DNA from: Nitrospirales bacterium
GTDB taxonomy: Bacteria; Nitrospirota; Nitrospiria; Nitrospirales; UBA8639
NCBI GenBank assembly: GCA_965223295.1
Contig: CBDCWC010000003.1
Span: 1,856,001 to 1,920,000 of the forward strand
DNA length: 64,000 bases
Direction of reading: 5' to 3'
The position numbers and the translations under genes are program-made. Below, piece after piece: positions 20,801 through 33,137 of the stretch (positions are counted from its first letter, which is position 1; the number at the start of each line of letters is the position of its first letter). The notes under the pieces were generated by a model. That model was not told the DNA's origin. It was given only the letters and a program-made list of their open reading frames with translations, and did not search any database.

Positions 20801-22033
20801 GCCAAGATTGCCGTGTTTGATGAAACCGGCCGTGAGCGTGAAAAGTATCCACTGGTATACGGCGCAAAAATCAAGGTAAAGGATGGTGGAAAAGTTGATG
20901 TTGGGCAAAAGTTCGTGGAATGGGACCCTTATTCCTTAACGATTTTGACGGAAGTGGGTGGGAAGGTGGCCTTGGGTGATATTGCCGAAGGGGTTACGAT
21001 TAAAGATGAAGTGGATGAAGTGACCGGCTTGTCTCGGCGTGTTGTGATTGAGCAAGCTGGAACGAATCTTCGTCCTCGGCTATCGGTGAAGGATGATTCG
21101 GGAAAGACGGCGAAATTAAGTTCGGGATCTCCGGCGCGGTATCTTCTTCCTGTTGGAGCGCATATCTTTGTAGAAAAAGGTTCAACCGTGTATCCGGGAG
21201 ATGTGTTAGCGAAGATTCCTCGAGAAACTACAAAAACAAAAGATATTACAGGTGGTTTGCCAAGGGTGGCCGAGCTCTTTGAAGCAAGAAAACCCAAAAT
21301 GCATGCCGTGGTCAGCGAAATTGATGGTGAAGTGTCCTTTGGGGGATTTGTGAAGGGTCTTCGCAAGGTGACTGTGGATAATAAGATTGGCGATGTCAAG
21401 GAGTATCTTATTCCTCGCGGGCGTCATGTGAATGTGCATGAAGGTGATTGGGTGCGTGCGGGTGAGCCGTTGATGGATGGTTCGGCTAATCCACATGATA
21501 TTCTTAGCGTCTTAGGTCCTCGTGAATTGCAGAAATATTTGGTGAACGAAGTGCAGGAAGTGTATCGCTTGCAGGGCGTAGTGATTAATGATAAGCACAT
21601 TGAAGTGATCACTCGGCAGATGTTGAAAAAAATTCGTATTGAAGATGCAGGGGATACATCGTTCTTGCCGGGAACGCAGGTCAATAAATTTGTCTTTGAT
21701 GATGAAAATGAGCAGGTCATGTCAGATGGTGGGAAGCCTGCCCTTGGTAAGCCGGTGCTGCTAGGTATTACAAAGGCTTCGTTAAGCACTGATAGCTTTA
21801 TTTCCGGAGCTTCATTCCAAGAGACCACAAGAGTTCTTACTGAAGCGGCGATTAATGGCAGAACCGATGAGCTCAGAGGTCTGAAGGAAAATGTGATCGT
21901 TGGACGGCTTATCCCGGCAGGGACGGGTTGGGGTGAATACCGGGAAACATTTGTTCCGCTTCCGGTTGAAGAACAGCCTTCATCTCTTGAGGAAGATGCG
22001 GGTCTTGAGCAGGGGCAATTATCAAGAAACTAA
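17882..22033 (+). CDS. rpoC: RNA polymerase beta'
   Basis: [12 protein letters not shown] start chosen behind GGAGG. Confidence 0.98.
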   Translation: MDSIYSLFEKPRDAVSFDAMRIRIASPEKIRSWSYGEVKKPETINYRSFKPERDGLFCAKIFGPTKDWECNCGKYKRMKHRGIVCDKCGVEVIQSKVRRERMGHIELAAPVAHIWFLKGVPSRIGILLDMSLKQLEKILYFEAYVVLDPGNTDLKERELLTEERYRECVEEHGATSFKVGIGAEAIRELLRTVDIEALWDERHDKIKSTTSVAVGKKLTKRLKVIEAFHKSGNNPEWMIMDAIPVLPPELRPLVPLDGGRFATSDLNDLYRRVINRNNRLKRLVELKAPGVIIRNEMRMLQEAVDALFDNGRRGRVIRGANKRPLKSLSDMLKGKQGRFRQNLLGKRVDYSGRSVIVVGPELRLNQCGLPKKMALELFKPFIFHKLEERGAATTIKSAKRLVEKERPEVWDVLDEVIREHPVMLNRAPTLHRLGIQAFDPILVEGKAIRLHPLVCAAFNADFDGDQMAVHVPLSVEAQIEARVLMMAANNILSPANGRPLAIPSQDMVLGCYWLTNNRDGARGEGKVFSSVEEVRIAYDSSEIEEQSAIKVRIGDELVETTVGRVLLSEILPSNMAFSHANQLMTKKELTKLVDRVYRLAGLHDAVVMLDRLKDLGFLYATKAGVSICIDNMHIPSSKSDLISRAQSDVSAVQNQYSEGLITNGERYNKVIDIWAHVSEQVAIAMMKEISQGDGRGETEGLNPIYMMADSGARGSSQQIRQLGGMRGLMAKPSGEIIETPITANFREGLTVLQYFISTHGARKGLADTALKTANSGYLTRRLVDAAQDVIISEPDCMTTNGIIVSALVEGGEVIQSLDERILGRLTAEDVHDPVTQEILVKAHEECDEELCKTIVEAGIDHIKIRSVLTCQSRWGVCAKCYGRDLARGRLVEKGEPVGVIAAQSIGEPGTQLTMRTFHIGGTASKVVEQTVLEAKHPGTIKFLSFDAKKNADVHNASMAVKTQQGDWVVMVRNAKIAVFDETGREREKYPLVYGAKIKVKDGGKVDVGQKFVEWDPYSLTILTEVGGKVALGDIAEGVTIKDEVDEVTGLSRRVVIEQAGTNLRPRLSVKDDSGKTAKLSSGSPARYLLPVGAHIFVEKGSTVYPGDVLAKIPRETTKTKDITGGLPRVAELFEARKPKMHAVVSEIDGEVSFGGFVKGLRKVTVDNKIGDVKEYLIPRGRHVNVHEGDWVRAGEPLMDGSANPHDILSVLGPRELQKYLVNEVQEVYRLQGVVINDKHIEVITRQMLKKIRIEDAGDTSFLPGTQVNKFVFDDENEQVMSDGGKPALGKPVLLGITKASLSTDSFISGASFQETTRVLTEAAINGRTDELRGLKENVIVGRLIPAGTGWGEYRETFVPLPVEEQPSSLEEDAGLEQGQLSRN

Positions 22034-22069
22034 TTTGTCATGTTGTTGATGGAAAGCTGTGTGTTCCTA

Positions 22070-22098
22070 TTGACAGTTAGTGCGTGAATCTATAACAT
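22070..22098 (+). promoter_or_regulatory. sigma70 promoter of str operon
   Basis: TTGACA-N17-TAACAT upstream of rpsL. Confidence 0.65.
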
Positions 22099-22159
22099 CG
22101 GCTGGTTGTCCCAAAGGAAAAGTTTTGTCTGAGTTTTTCATTCTGAATCTAGGAATATC

Positions 22160-22531
22160 ATGCCGACAGTCAATCAATTAGTCCGCGTGGGCCGAAAGGC
22201 AATCAAGGCCAAAAGTAAGAGTTCGGCGTTAAATCAATGCCCCCAGAGAAGAGGTGTGTGTCTTCGTGTGTATACCACCACTCCCAAAAAGCCAAATTCT
22301 GCTTTACGGAAGGTGGCCAGGGTTCGCTTGACGACGGGTTTGGAGGTGACGGCGTATATCCCAGGCATGGGACATAATTTGCAAGAGCATTCGATTGTGT
22401 TGGTAAGGGGTGGACGCGTAAAGGATCTTCCCGGTGTTCGATATCATATGGTCCGTGGCGCCTTGGATGCCGTAGGGGTAGCAAATCGAAAGCAGGGTCG
22501 GTCGAAGTATGGAGCTAAGCGACCCAAGTAA
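22160..22531 (+). CDS. rpsL: 30S ribosomal protein S12
   Basis: [21 protein letters not shown]. Confidence 0.98.
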   Translation: MPTVNQLVRVGRKAIKAKSKSSALNQCPQRRGVCLRVYTTTPKKPNSALRKVARVRLTTGLEVTAYIPGMGHNLQEHSIVLVRGGRVKDLPGVRYHMVRGALDAVGVANRKQGRSKYGAKRPK

Positions 22532-22591
22532 TCCTTCCTGTATCTTTGGGGCAAGACTGATTAATTCATATTAAAAATTTGGAACTGTAGC

Positions 22592-23062
22592 ATGCCACGT
22601 AGGCCACTTGTACTTCGTCATAAGGTTGTTCAGGATTCCCGTTACAAAGACCCTGTTGTTGGAAGGTTTTTGAATATTCTTTTGCGGGATGGAAAAAAGA
22701 GCACGGCTGAACGTGTCTGTTATGGAGCGTTTGATATCGTGAAGGATAAAACGGGTGATGAGCCTCTGAAGGTTTTTCATGCCGCTCTTGGTAACGTGAA
22801 GCCAATGGTGGAGGTGAAGTCTCGGCGTGTTGGTGGAGCATCGTATCAGGTTCCGGTAGAGATTCGCCCGGTTCGTCAGATTGCGCTGGCTTTACGTTGG
22901 ATAAAGCAAAGTGCTGTGTCGCGAAGCGGGAAAAGCATGAGAGAGAAACTGGCGGCGGAGTTGATGGATGCCGCGAGTAATAATGGATCCGCAGTAAAAA
23001 AGCGTGACGAAACTCATCGGATGGCAGAAGCCAACAGAGCTTTTGCGCATTATCGGTGGTAG
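22592..23062 (+). CDS. rpsG: 30S ribosomal protein S7
   Basis: SRRVGGASYQVP, AEANRAFAHYRW. Confidence 0.98.
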   Translation: MPRRPLVLRHKVVQDSRYKDPVVGRFLNILLRDGKKSTAERVCYGAFDIVKDKTGDEPLKVFHAALGNVKPMVEVKSRRVGGASYQVPVEIRPVRQIALALRWIKQSAVSRSGKSMREKLAAELMDAASNNGSAVKKRDETHRMAEANRAFAHYRW

Positions 23063-23170
23063 GTTTGGCTGAATATGCTGCAGTTGACTTGCTGTAAATA
23101 GGGGCCGTGGGTTTCTCTGTTGGTCTCTTGATGGGCAAAGTCTTGTGCAGCATTGTTGTGTGAGGGGTTT

Positions 23171-25252
23171 GTGGCGGTCGATACTTCACTCAGTAACACA
23201 AGAAATATCGGGATTATGGCGCATATAGACGCCGGGAAAACTACGACGACTGAGCGTATTTTGTATTATACCGGCGTGTCTCATAAAATTGGTGAGGTGC
23301 ATGAAGGTGCCGCGACCATGGATTGGATGGAGCAAGAGCGGGAGCGTGGCATTACCATTACTTCTGCTGCGACAACATGCTCGTGGAACAATAGTATTAT
23401 TAATATTATTGATACTCCAGGGCATGTCGATTTCACCATTGAAGTGGAGCGTTCCCTTCGGGTGTTAGACGGAGCCGTGGCTGCATTTGACTCAGTTCAG
23501 GGCGTTGAGCCGCAATCTGAGACCGTGTGGCGTCAAGCTGATAAGTATCAGGTTCCGCGCATCGCCTTTATGAATAAAATGGACCGGGTGGGGGCAGATT
23601 TCTTTGCCAGTGTGCAGTCGTTGATTGATCGTCTTGGCGCAAAGCCTGTTCCTGTGCAGTTGCCTTTTGGGAAAGAGGATGGTTTTAGGGGGGTCATTGA
23701 TTTAGTCTCCATGAAGGCGCTCATTTTTGATGATGAAACTCTTGGTGCGGCTTTCGTGACAGAAGAGGTCCCTGCAGATTATGTCGAGCAAGCCAACGAG
23801 TATCGCGAAAAAATGCTGGATGCTGTTGTGGAGTTTGATGAAGCGGTGATGGAGCGTTATTTAGGTGGCGAGTCTCTGAGTGTTGATGAAATAAAGGGAG
23901 CTATTCGTCAGGGGACAATTGACCTGAAGATTACCCCAGTGCTTTGCGGGTCCGCCTTTAAGAATAAGGGTGTTCAGCCGTTGTTGGATGCTGTTGTTGA
24001 TTTTTTGCCTTCCCCTCTTGATCTTCCTCCTGTCCAGGGCGTTGATCCAGGGGATGAGTCTCAGGTTACTCGAAAGGCTGATGCTGATGAGCCGTTTGCT
24101 GCTTTGGCCTTTAAAATTATGTCTGATCCATTTTCAGGGCAATTGACGTATTTTCGAGTCTATTCTGGCAAGCTGAGTGCTGGATCATATGTGTATAACG
24201 TTGGCAAGGGAAAGAAAGAGCGTGTTGGCCGGTTGCTGAAGATGCACGCCAATAAGCGAGAAGAGATTGGTGAGGTGTCGGCAGGTGATATTGCTGCGGC
24301 CGTTGGACTGAAGGATACAAGGACAGGGGATACTCTGTGCGATGAAAAGCATCCAATCTTGCTGGAAGTGATTAAGTTTCCTGAGCCGGTTATTTCTTTA
24401 GCGGTCGAACCTAAGACGAAGCAGGATTTGGATAAACTTGGATATTCTTTGGAAAAGCTTGCTCAGGAAGATCCTTCATTTCAAGTGCAATCAGATGAAG
24501 AGACTGGCCAGACAATCATTTCTGGTATGGGAGAATTGCATTTGGAGATTATTGTTGACCGGCTTCTTCGTGAATTTAAGGTTCAGGCAAACGTTGGAAA
24601 GCCTCAGGTTGCCTATCGTGAAACAATTCGTGGTACAGCCGAAGCCGAAGCGAAGTATGTAAAGCAAACTGGAGGGCGTGGGCAGTATGGTCATGTGTGG
24701 CTCCGTGTTGAGTCAGCAGAGCCTGGGACTGGCCTCGAGTTTATTAATAAGATTGTCGGTGGTGCTGTCCCAAAAGAATTTATTGGTCCGGTTGAGAAGG
24801 GTGTAAAGGAAAGAATGGAAAGTGGGATTTTGGCTGGATATCCCATGAGAGATCTTCGTGTTACCTTGTTCGATGGTTCTTTCCATGAAGTTGATTCCAG
24901 CGAGATGGCGTTTAAGATTGCAGGTTCTATGGCTTTGGTGAGTGCATGTCAGAAGGCCGACTTGGTCTTGCTGGAGCCTGTGATGAAGGTTGAAGTGTTA
25001 GTTCCTCAGGAATTTATGGGAGATATCATCGGGGATTTAAATGGCCGACGTGGGAAGATTCATGGAATGAAGGCGAGGGGTGGGTCTCAGGTCGTGGATG
25101 CGGCTGTCCCGCTAAGCGAAATGTTCGGGTATTCTACGGATTTGCGATCAAAGACTCAGGGGCGTGCGACGTATAGCATGGAATTTGAGTCGTATGAAGT
25201 GGTTCCTAAGTTGATGGCCCAGCAAATTATCAAAAAGAATCAAGGGGAATAA
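23171..25252 (+). CDS. fusA: Elongation factor G
   Basis: [24 protein letters not shown] start approximate. Confidence 0.97.
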   Translation: MAVDTSLSNTRNIGIMAHIDAGKTTTTERILYYTGVSHKIGEVHEGAATMDWMEQERERGITITSAATTCSWNNSIINIIDTPGHVDFTIEVERSLRVLDGAVAAFDSVQGVEPQSETVWRQADKYQVPRIAFMNKMDRVGADFFASVQSLIDRLGAKPVPVQLPFGKEDGFRGVIDLVSMKALIFDDETLGAAFVTEEVPADYVEQANEYREKMLDAVVEFDEAVMERYLGGESLSVDEIKGAIRQGTIDLKITPVLCGSAFKNKGVQPLLDAVVDFLPSPLDLPPVQGVDPGDESQVTRKADADEPFAALAFKIMSDPFSGQLTYFRVYSGKLSAGSYVYNVGKGKKERVGRLLKMHANKREEIGEVSAGDIAAAVGLKDTRTGDTLCDEKHPILLEVIKFPEPVISLAVEPKTKQDLDKLGYSLEKLAQEDPSFQVQSDEETGQTIISGMGELHLEIIVDRLLREFKVQANVGKPQVAYRETIRGTAEAEAKYVKQTGGRGQYGHVWLRVESAEPGTGLEFINKIVGGAVPKEFIGPVEKGVKERMESGILAGYPMRDLRVTLFDGSFHEVDSSEMAFKIAGSMALVSACQKADLVLLEPVMKVEVLVPQEFMGDIIGDLNGRRGKIHGMKARGGSQVVDAAVPLSEMFGYSTDLRSKTQGRATYSMEFESYEVVPKLMAQQIIKKNQGE

Positions 25253-25310
25253 GGCCTCTCTGTATAAACTATTCTTTTATGGAATAACAGTGACTTGAGG
25301 AGGAAAGAGG

Positions 25311-26515
25311 ATGGCGAAGGCGAAATTTGAGCGGAAGAAGCCGCATTTAAATGTGGGGACGATTGGGCATGTGGATCATGGCAAGACGACGCTCACCTCG
25401 GCGTTAACCAAAGTCATGGGGGATTTAGGGAAAGCCTCGTATGTGCCCTATGACGACGTGGCCAAGGCGAGCGAGAGTCAAGGGCGGCGGGATCCCACCA
25501 AAATCCTCACGATTGCCATCTCGCATGTGGAGTATGAAACCGACAACCGGCATTACGCGCATGTGGACTGTCCGGGGCATGCGGACTATGTCAAAAACAT
25601 GATCACGGGGGCGGCGCAAATGGACGGGGCCATCTTGGTGGTCAGTGCGGCGGATGGGCCGATGCCGCAAACGCGGGAGCATATCCTCTTAGCGCGGCAA
25701 GTGGGGGTACCCTACATCGTCGTCTTCTTGAACAAAGCGGATAAGGTGGAAGACAAAGAATTGCTGGAGTTAGTGGAATTAGAAGTGCGGGAATTGCTCA
25801 CCAAGTATGGCTTTCCCGGCGATGATGTGCCGGTGGTCATCGGATCAGCCATCAAAGCCATCGAAGGCGACAGCAGCGACATTGGGATCGCCTCGATCAC
25901 GAAGTTATTAGAGGCGGTGGATACGTACATTCCCACGCCCGAACGAGCCATCGACAAGGCCTTTCTCATGCCAATAGAAGATGTATTTACCATCAGTGGC
26001 CGGGGGACGGTGGTCACAGGCCGAGTGGAGCGGGGCAAGGTCAAGGTGGGGGATGAAATTGAGATTGTGGGGTTACGGGCCACGCAGGCGACCATTGTCA
26101 CAGGGGTGGAAATGTTCCGGAAGGTGTTAGATGATGGGCAAGCGGGCGATAACATTGGGGCCTTGTTGCGGGGTACGAAGAAAGAGGACGTGGAGCGGGG
26201 GATGGTGTTGGCCAAGCCGAAGTCGATCACGCCGCATACGAAGTTCAAGGCGGAAGTGTATGTGTTGACGAAAGAAGAAGGGGCCGGCATACGCCGTTTT
26301 TCAATGGGTATCGCCCGCAGTTTTACTTCCGGACGACGGATGTGACGGGGGTGGTGCAGTTGAATGAAGGGGTGGAGATGGTGATGCCGGGGGATAACGT
26401 GTCGTTTGCGGGGGAGTTGATTGCGCCGATTGCGATGGAGCAGGGGGTGCGGTTTGCCGTGCGCGAAGGGGGCCGAACCGTGGGGGCCGGGGTTGTCACC
26501 GAAATTGTTGAGTAA
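25311..26515 (+). pseudogene. tuf: Second EF-Tu gene with a 1-nt deletion in a G run at ~26280-26283 (real frameshift or sequencing error)
   Basis: Appears identical to 9081-10286 except GAAGGGGCC vs GAAGGGGGCC; 1205 vs 1206 nt. Confidence 0.75.
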
Positions 26516-26548
26516 ATTCTATTAGGAAAGAGGAAAGGGTAGGTTTTT

Positions 26549-26860
26549 GTGGATCGAGACCGCAGAATTCGAATACGTTTAAAGGGGTTTGACTACCGTG
26601 TGCTTGATCAATCCGTTCGAGAGATTGTGGACACGGTCAGGCGTAGTGGAGCCCTAATAGCTGGCCCTGTTCCTTTGCCTACCCGAATAGAGAAGTATAC
26701 TGTGCAACGTTCTACTCATGTTGACAAGAAGTCGCGTGAACAATTTGAAATTCGTACCCATAAGCGTTTGTTGGATATTATGGAGCCGACTCCAGAAACT
26801 ATGGACGCATTGATGAAGTTGAACTTAGCAGCTGGTGTTGATGTTGAAATAAAATTGTAA
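26549..26860 (+). CDS. rpsJ: 30S ribosomal protein S10
   Basis: [20 protein letters not shown]. Confidence 0.97.
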   Translation: MDRDRRIRIRLKGFDYRVLDQSVREIVDTVRRSGALIAGPVPLPTRIEKYTVQRSTHVDKKSREQFEIRTHKRLLDIMEPTPETMDALMKLNLAAGVDVEIKL

Positions 26861-26923
26861 GTTTTTAGTTAAGTTCGTGAAGGTGGGACATCATTATTGA
26901 CGGAATTTTGAGTAGGAAAAAAT

Positions 26924-27541
26924 ATGATTAGCGGGCTAGTGGGTAGAAAATTAGGAATGATACAGGTCTTTGATGAGGCAAGGCGTCTCGTCCCTGTTAC
27001 CGTTGTGCAGGCGGGGCCTTGTGGGATTGTTCAGGTAAAAGAGAAGGGGCGTGATGGGTATGAGTCGGTTCAGGTTGGGTTTGAAGAAGTTCCTGAGCGA
27101 AAGCTGAATAAGCCAGAATTGGGGCATTTGCGGAAAGCGAATGATCGGCGTTGGAAGTACTTAAAAGAATTTCATGCGGATGGAAAAGTTGAGTTGGGTG
27201 CGCTGGTTACCGTAGATTTGTTCTCTAAGGGAGACCAGGTCAAGATACAGGGTGTTTCAAAGGGGAAGGGCTTTCAGGGTGTGATGAAGCGTCATAATTA
27301 CGGAGGTGGACCGGCGACTCACGGATCGATGTTTCATCGAGCACCGGGCGCTGTCGGGCAGTGTTCCTATCCTTCTCGAGTGTTTAAGAACAAGACGTTG
27401 CCTGGGCAAATGGGAAGTAAGCGAATTACTGTAAAGGGGCTGAAGATTGTAGATGTTAGATCTGAGGAAAACATTTTGTTGGTTTCAGGCTCGATACCGG
27501 GTGCTAATGGTGCAATGGTTGTGATTAGGAAGGCTGGATAA
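26924..27541 (+). CDS. rplC: 50S ribosomal protein L3
   Basis: SKGKGFQGVMKRH; S10 operon order. Confidence 0.97.
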   Translation: MISGLVGRKLGMIQVFDEARRLVPVTVVQAGPCGIVQVKEKGRDGYESVQVGFEEVPERKLNKPELGHLRKANDRRWKYLKEFHADGKVELGALVTVDLFSKGDQVKIQGVSKGKGFQGVMKRHNYGGGPATHGSMFHRAPGAVGQCSYPSRVFKNKTLPGQMGSKRITVKGLKIVDVRSEENILLVSGSIPGANGAMVVIRKAG

Positions 27542-27550
27542 GGAATTCGT

Positions 27551-28171
27551 ATGGGTGCTTTGCCAGTATTAGGAGCTGATGGGCAGAAGATTGATTCTGT
27601 TGAGTTGAGCAACGAGGTCTTTGGCTCATCCATTAATGAAGTGCTGGTCCATCGGGCAGTTGTGATGCAGAGAGCGTCTGCTCGTCAGGGTACGGCGTCA
27701 ACGAAAGGTCGTGGGGAAGTCCGAGGGTCCGGGAAAAAGCCATGGAAGCAGAAGCATACTGGGAGAGCCAGGGCTGGTTCTGCTCGTTCTCCAATCTGGA
27801 GGCATGGTGGGATAGTGTTTGGGCCTACGCCAAGATCTTATGGATATCCTCTTCCTAAGAAGATGTATCGTTCTGCTTTAAAGGCAGCCTTGTCAGATAA
27901 GGCTGCCGCTGGGGGTGTCGTCGTCGTCGATTTATCTTTACCGGAAATGAAAACGAAAGCGTTGGTTCAAACGCTTTCCCGAGTAGGGGTGAGTGGGAAG
28001 GCCCTGTTGGTCGTGGAAGAAGGGGCCGTTGACCTGGTGAGGATTGGGAAAAACGTTCAGTGGTTAAAGGTTCTGCATGCAAAGGATTTGAATGTGTATG
28101 ATCTTTTGTGGTGTGAGAAGCTCGTGGTGACTCGAGGAGAGTTGCAAAAAATCCAGGAAATTTGGGTGTAA
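27551..28171 (+). CDS. rplD: 50S ribosomal protein L4
   Basis: KPWKQKHTGRARAGS. Confidence 0.97.
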   Translation: MGALPVLGADGQKIDSVELSNEVFGSSINEVLVHRAVVMQRASARQGTASTKGRGEVRGSGKKPWKQKHTGRARAGSARSPIWRHGGIVFGPTPRSYGYPLPKKMYRSALKAALSDKAAAGGVVVVDLSLPEMKTKALVQTLSRVGVSGKALLVVEEGAVDLVRIGKNVQWLKVLHAKDLNVYDLLWCEKLVVTRGELQKIQEIWV

Positions 28172-28172
28172 T

Positions 28173-28460
28173 ATGAATCCACATGATGTCCTCATTCGAC
28201 CATTATTAACGGAGAAAATTACAGCTATTCGCGAAATTAAGAATAGTGTGGCTTTTGCGGTCGACCGTCGAGCCACGCGCGTTGACGTTCGACATGCAGT
28301 GGAAAAAGTATTTAGCGTTAAGGTGGCTTCGGTGAATGTCATCAACGTGAGAGGGAAGAAAAAGCGTCAGGGGCGGTATTTGGGTAAGAGGGCAGATTGG
28401 CGAAAAGCGTTGGTTACATTAAAAGAAGGTGAAAAAATTGAATTGTACGAAAGTGCGTAG
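28173..28460 (+). CDS. rplW: 50S ribosomal protein L23
   Basis: RPLLTEK, WRKALVTL. Confidence 0.96.
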   Translation: MNPHDVLIRPLLTEKITAIREIKNSVAFAVDRRATRVDVRHAVEKVFSVKVASVNVINVRGKKKRQGRYLGKRADWRKALVTLKEGEKIELYESA

Positions 28461-28519
28461 TAAAGAAATCAGCTTGTCATTTCAAGTTAATGCCTATTTT
28501 TTAGGAAAGTCGTTAAGTC

Positions 28520-29359
28520 ATGCCAATTAAGGAATATAACCCGACATCGCCAGGTCGACGTGGAATGTCGGCAGTGACAAAAGAAGGATTGGCCCCGAAT
28601 CAGCCTGCAAAAAGTCTAACAAAAACCATTTCTCCATCTGGTGGGAGGAACAATGCGGGTCGAATAACGGTTCGTTTCCGAGGCGGTGGGCATAAGCGCC
28701 GTTACCGAAAAATTGATTTTAAGAGAGATAAGGTTGGCGTCCCTGCCAAGGTGGCTCGCATTGAATATGATCCGAATCGGACAGCTCGTATTGCCCTGTT
28801 GCATTATTCTGATGGAGAAAAGCGATATATTCTGGCTCCTCAAGGGCTAGCGGTTGGTGATGCTGTCAGGTCAGGTTCTCAAAGTGAAGTGAAGGCGGGC
28901 AATGCTCTTCCTCTTATGGAAATGCCTTTGGGTGTGGTGATCCATAATATTGAATTAAAGCCAGGTAAGGGGGCGCAGTTAGCCAGAAGTGCCGGGGTTT
29001 CCGCGCAGGTTATGGGCAGAGATCAAGGTTATGTTCAGGTGCGTTTGGCTTCTGGAGAAATGCGAAAAATTTTAGGAACCTGTATGGCCACAGTCGGTCA
29101 GGTCGGGAATTCTGATCATAATAATGTGACCGTGGGAAAAGCCGGGCGTTCCCGTTGGTTAGGCAGGAAGCCTCATGTGCGCGGGGTGGTCATGAATCCG
29201 GTTGATCATCCACATGGCGGGGGTGAAGGAAAGGCTGGTGCGGGCAATCCTCATCCGGTTTCTCCGTGGGGGCAACCTGCAAAGGGTTTTAAAACCCGTA
29301 AGCCAAGAAATCAAAGTACACGTTATATCATTGCGAGTCGCAAGAAAAAGTCTCGATAG
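28520..29359 (+). CDS. rplB: 50S ribosomal protein L2
   Basis: [19 protein letters not shown]. Confidence 0.98.
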   Translation: MPIKEYNPTSPGRRGMSAVTKEGLAPNQPAKSLTKTISPSGGRNNAGRITVRFRGGGHKRRYRKIDFKRDKVGVPAKVARIEYDPNRTARIALLHYSDGEKRYILAPQGLAVGDAVRSGSQSEVKAGNALPLMEMPLGVVIHNIELKPGKGAQLARSAGVSAQVMGRDQGYVQVRLASGEMRKILGTCMATVGQVGNSDHNNVTVGKAGRSRWLGRKPHVRGVVMNPVDHPHGGGEGKAGAGNPHPVSPWGQPAKGFKTRKPRNQSTRYIIASRKKKSR

Positions 29360-29373
29360 ATTGAGGGGGAACG

Positions 29374-29661
29374 ATGCCTAGGTCAGTTCATAAGGGTCCA
29401 TTTGTTGACGAACATCTTCTCAAAAAAATTGAGAAGGCAAGGGACTCGAGAGAGTCCAGGGTCATTAAAACATGGTCTCGTCGTTCCACGATTACCCCCG
29501 ATATGATTGGTCTGACCTTTGCTGTGCATAATGGGAAAAAGTTTATTCCGGTGTTTATTACGGACAATATGGTTGGGCATAAACTTGGAGAGTTTTCTCC
29601 CACCCGGTTGTTTAAAGGGCATAGTGCGGCAAAGAGCGAAAAGGGTGTGGCGCTTAAGTAA
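29374..29661 (+). CDS. rpsS: 30S ribosomal protein S19
   Basis: KTWSRRS, GHKLGEF. Confidence 0.97.
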   Translation: MPRSVHKGPFVDEHLLKKIEKARDSRESRVIKTWSRRSTITPDMIGLTFAVHNGKKFIPVFITDNMVGHKLGEFSPTRLFKGHSAAKSEKGVALK

Positions 29662-29715
29662 GTCGTTCGTGGCTCAGGTGTTTCTTATCATGAATTTTGA
29701 AGAGTAGAGATTGAT

Positions 29716-30054
29716 ATGGCTGAAGCAAAAGCAATTCTGCGTAATGTAAGATTGGCTCCACGGAAGGCGAGGTTAGTCGTGGATATGGTAAGGGGTCGTA
29801 ATGCGGCAGAAGCCTTAACCCTTCTCAAATTTACGCCACGTTCTGCAGCGAGAGTTGTTGAGCAGTTGCTATCTTCTGCGGTGGCCAATGCAGGGCAAAA
29901 GGATTTAGGGGAGCCTGAGGGCTTGAAGGTCTCAACCGCTTATGTTGATGGTGGGCCAGTTCTCAAAAGATTTCAACCGCGTTCAATGGGAAGAGCCAGT
30001 CCCATTAAAAAGCGGACAAGCCATATTACCATTGTGGTCAGTCCGGTGAGTTAA
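29716..30054 (+). CDS. rplV: 50S ribosomal protein L22
   Basis: PRKARLV, SAVANA, KRTSHI. Confidence 0.97.
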   Translation: MAEAKAILRNVRLAPRKARLVVDMVRGRNAAEALTLLKFTPRSAARVVEQLLSSAVANAGQKDLGEPEGLKVSTAYVDGGPVLKRFQPRSMGRASPIKKRTSHITIVVSPVS

Positions 30055-30105
30055 AAGAGCTGTCAGTGGTAGTTGTAAATGAGAGTTAGGTAAGGAGAAC
30101 GATTC

Positions 30106-30771
30106 ATGGGTCAAAAGACGCACCCCTATGGCTTCCGGTTAGGGTACACCCGCACATGGAGGTCAAGGTGGTATGCTAAGAAAGATTATGCCACGTTGCT
30201 TCATCAAGATTTGTCGATTCGGACCTTGGTGAAAAAGCGGCTCTATCATGCCGGAATATCCAGTGTGGAAATTGAGCGGTCTGGTAATCAATTGAAATTG
30301 ATTATTCATACAGCTCGTCCTGGAATCATTATTGGGCGAAAAGGCGCCGAGGTTGATAAATTGAAGGCTTCCTTGGAAAAAGATTATGGCAATGAAGTCT
30401 TTGTGACGGTGAAAGAAATAAAAAAGCCAGAAATCGATGCGCAATTAGTCGCTGAAAATATCGCCACTCAGTTGGAAAAGCGCGTGTCCTTTCGTCGTGC
30501 ATTGAAGCGTAGTGTAGCTTCGGCACTTCGTCTCGGGGCATTAGGGATTAAGGTGTACTGTGCTGGTCGGCTAGGCGGGCACGAGATCGCCAGGACGGAA
30601 TGGTATCGTGAGGGGCGAGTGCCTCTGCATACCCTCCGAGCTGATGTCGAGTATGGTTTTGCTGAGGCTAAAACGGCAATGGGTCAGATAGGGGTCAAAG
30701 CCTGGATCTTTAAAGGGGATGCACAGATTCCTTCGTTAGAAAAATCCGAACCGTCCTTAGGGTTTTTATAA
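30106..30771 (+). CDS. rpsC: 30S ribosomal protein S3
   Basis: [18 protein letters not shown]. Confidence 0.97.
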   Translation: MGQKTHPYGFRLGYTRTWRSRWYAKKDYATLLHQDLSIRTLVKKRLYHAGISSVEIERSGNQLKLIIHTARPGIIIGRKGAEVDKLKASLEKDYGNEVFVTVKEIKKPEIDAQLVAENIATQLEKRVSFRRALKRSVASALRLGALGIKVYCAGRLGGHEIARTEWYREGRVPLHTLRADVEYGFAEAKTAMGQIGVKAWIFKGDAQIPSLEKSEPSLGFL

Positions 30772-30805
30772 GAAATTTTTATTTTGGTATTGGAGAATTG
30801 GCAGA

Positions 30806-31228
30806 ATGTTAGCGCCAAAACGTATAAAGTTTCGTAAGGTTCAAAAGGGCCGTATGAGAGGGAAGGCTTACCGTGGTGGAGAAGTCTCTCATGGACAATT
30901 TGGTCTTAAGGCAATGGAACCAGGGCGGATCACGGCCAGGCAAATTGAGGCAGCTCGTATTGCCATGACTCGTCATGTCAAGCGCGGCGGAAGAATTTGG
31001 ACCAGAATATTCCCAGATAAACCGATTACCAAAAAACCAGCAGAAGTAAGAATGGGTAAGGGAAAAGGGAATCCTGAATACTGGGCAGCCGTCGTAAAGT
31101 CAGGGCGAATTTTATTTGAGATGGATGATGTCTCTCAAGCCGTAGCAGAGGAAGCGTTCCGATTAGCTGGTCATAAGCTTCCTGTTTTAACGAAATTTGT
31201 CGTTCGTGGTGAGATTCCGGTTTTATAG
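30806..31228 (+). CDS. rplP: 50S ribosomal protein L16
   Basis: [15 protein letters not shown]. Confidence 0.97.
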   Translation: MLAPKRIKFRKVQKGRMRGKAYRGGEVSHGQFGLKAMEPGRITARQIEAARIAMTRHVKRGGRIWTRIFPDKPITKKPAEVRMGKGKGNPEYWAAVVKSGRILFEMDDVSQAVAEEAFRLAGHKLPVLTKFVVRGEIPVL

Positions 31229-31246
31229 GTTTAAGGGACATGTTCC

Positions 31247-31435
31247 ATGCAAATTGATGAATTAGAAGGATTAGAAAAATCTGAATTAGTGGAAAAAGTT
31301 AATCAATTAAAACAGGAGCTTTTTCACTTCCGTTCACAGTTGGCTATGGGCCGAATCGAAAATCCCATGAAAATACGAGAAACGAAGCGAAATATTGCGC
31401 GGGTTCATACGATCCTTCGTCAAAAAAATACCTAA
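31247..31435 (+). CDS. rpmC: 50S ribosomal protein L29
   Basis: ELFHFR, RNIARVHT; operon position. Confidence 0.95.
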   Translation: MQIDELEGLEKSELVEKVNQLKQELFHFRSQLAMGRIENPMKIRETKRNIARVHTILRQKNT

Positions 31436-31463
31436 AAATGTTTTTCCTGAAAGTTAGAAATTT

Positions 31464-31718
31464 ATGACACAAATCCGATCAGCCCCTCGTGCGCTCACAG
31501 GCAAAGTTGTGAGTAATAAAATGCAGAAGACCGTTGTTGTGGAAGTGACACGAATTGAGCGTCATGCTCTTTATGGAAAAGTGATCCGGCGTAAGAGCAA
31601 GATGAAGGCACACGATGAGAAAAGTGAATGCAAGATGGGCGATCAAGTGAAAATTGTTTATTCTCGCCCGCTCAGCAAAGACAAGCATTGGCGTGTCGCT
31701 GAAGTCTGTGGAAAATGA
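31464..31718 (+). CDS. rpsQ: 30S ribosomal protein S17
   Basis: [20 protein letters not shown]. Confidence 0.96.
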   Translation: MTQIRSAPRALTGKVVSNKMQKTVVVEVTRIERHALYGKVIRRKSKMKAHDEKSECKMGDQVKIVYSRPLSKDKHWRVAEVCGK

Positions 31719-31777
31719 CTTTTCAGTCTACGCATAAAAGAAGGTATTCTTCGCGGTTATTTTTTTAGAGCTGAATC

Positions 31778-32146
31778 ATGATTCAAAATTACACCTATCT
31801 TGACGTTGCAGATAATTCTGGTGCTAAAAGCGTGCGTTGTTTTCATGTGTTGGGCGGGACCAGAAGGCGTTACGGCTCCTTGGGCGATCTCATTGTTGTT
31901 TCGGTGAGAGAAGCTATTCCAAGAGCATCAGTGAAAAAAGGCGATGTGATGAAGGCCGTTATCGTCCGAACGAAAAAGGGGTCTCGGCGCGAGGATGGAT
32001 CGCATATTAAATTTGATCGAAATGCCTGTGTATTGGTCAATGCTCAAGGCGACCCTGTGGGTACTCGCATTTTCGGGCCAGTCGCAAGAGAGCTTCGAAA
32101 GAAGAAGTATATGAAAATTATTTCTCTGGCTCCTGAGGTTATTTAG
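31778..32146 (+). CDS. rplN: 50S ribosomal protein L14
   Basis: [15 protein letters not shown]. Confidence 0.98.
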   Translation: MIQNYTYLDVADNSGAKSVRCFHVLGGTRRRYGSLGDLIVVSVREAIPRASVKKGDVMKAVIVRTKKGSRREDGSHIKFDRNACVLVNAQGDPVGTRIFGPVARELRKKKYMKIISLAPEVI

Positions 32147-32149
32147 ATT

Positions 32150-32488
32150 ATGATGCCAGCTAGAAAAAGTCGAATAAAAAAAGGCGATACGGTAGTAGTG
32201 ATTGCCGGTAAAGAGCGTGGCAAAACCGGGAAAGTCTTGCAGGTGATTACCAAGGGTGGTCGTGTCACGGTTGAAAAGCTTAATTTAATTAAGCGTCATA
32301 CAAAGCCTAATGCCAAAAATAAACAAGGCGGGATTCTGGAACGGGAAGGGCCAATCGCCATTTCCAATGTCATGGCCTATTGTGAATCTGTGCAAAAGCC
32401 ATCTCGTATCAAGATGAAGACGTTCGATGATGGACGGAAAATGAGGGTGTATCAAAAAGCCCCAACTGAAGTATTGGATAAAAGCTAA
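32150..32488 (+). CDS. rplX: 50S ribosomal protein L24
   Basis: [22 protein letters not shown]. Confidence 0.96.
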   Translation: MMPARKSRIKKGDTVVVIAGKERGKTGKVLQVITKGGRVTVEKLNLIKRHTKPNAKNKQGGILEREGPIAISNVMAYCESVQKPSRIKMKTFDDGRKMRVYQKAPTEVLDKS

Positions 32489-33120
32489 TGCCATCTCAAG
32501 CCTCCAAAAAAGAAGTATCGAAAGCTAAAGGTAAGGAGTCAGCCACCAAGACTGAGACTGCGGCTCCGCCAAATTATGAGCCTCGTCTAAAGGTGATGTT
32601 TCGGGAAAAAGTTCTTCCGGCCATGATGAAAGAGTTTGGGTATCGTAATCCTATGCAAGTTCCACGAATTGAACGGATTGTCTTAAATGTCGGGATGGGC
32701 GAAGCCGTTCAAAATGTGAAATTGTTGGAAAGTGCTGCTTCAGAGTTAGAGCAAATTACCGGACAGAAGCCAGTGCTCACAAGAGCGAAAAAAGCCATTG
32801 CTGGCTTTAAGCTTCGCGAAGGAGTGCCTATTGGTGTCAAGGTCACGTTGCGTGGCGCTCGGATGCATGAGTTTATGGATAGGTTGGTTGCTGTGGCGTT
32901 GCCACGTATTCGAGACTTTCGGGGTATCTCCCCTAAGGCGTTTGATGGTCGTGGTAATTACACGTTGGGCTTAAAAGAGCAGTTGACGTTTCCAGAAATT
33001 AAATACGATGACATCGCATCTATCCATGGGATGGATATTACGTTTGTAACTTCAGCCAAACGTAATGATGAAGCCAAAGCATTATTGGCTCACTTAGGGA
33101 TGCCGTTTCGAGCATCCTAG
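32488..33120 (+). CDS. rplE: 50S ribosomal protein L5 (with N-terminal extension)
   Basis: [22 protein letters not shown]. Confidence 0.97.
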   Translation: MPSQASKKEVSKAKGKESATKTETAAPPNYEPRLKVMFREKVLPAMMKEFGYRNPMQVPRIERIVLNVGMGEAVQNVKLLESAASELEQITGQKPVLTRAKKAIAGFKLREGVPIGVKVTLRGARMHEFMDRLVAVALPRIRDFRGISPKAFDGRGNYTLGLKEQLTFPEIKYDDIASIHGMDITFVTSAKRNDEAKALLAHLGMPFRAS

Positions 33121-33137
33121 AAGGGGAAGGCGTAGTT

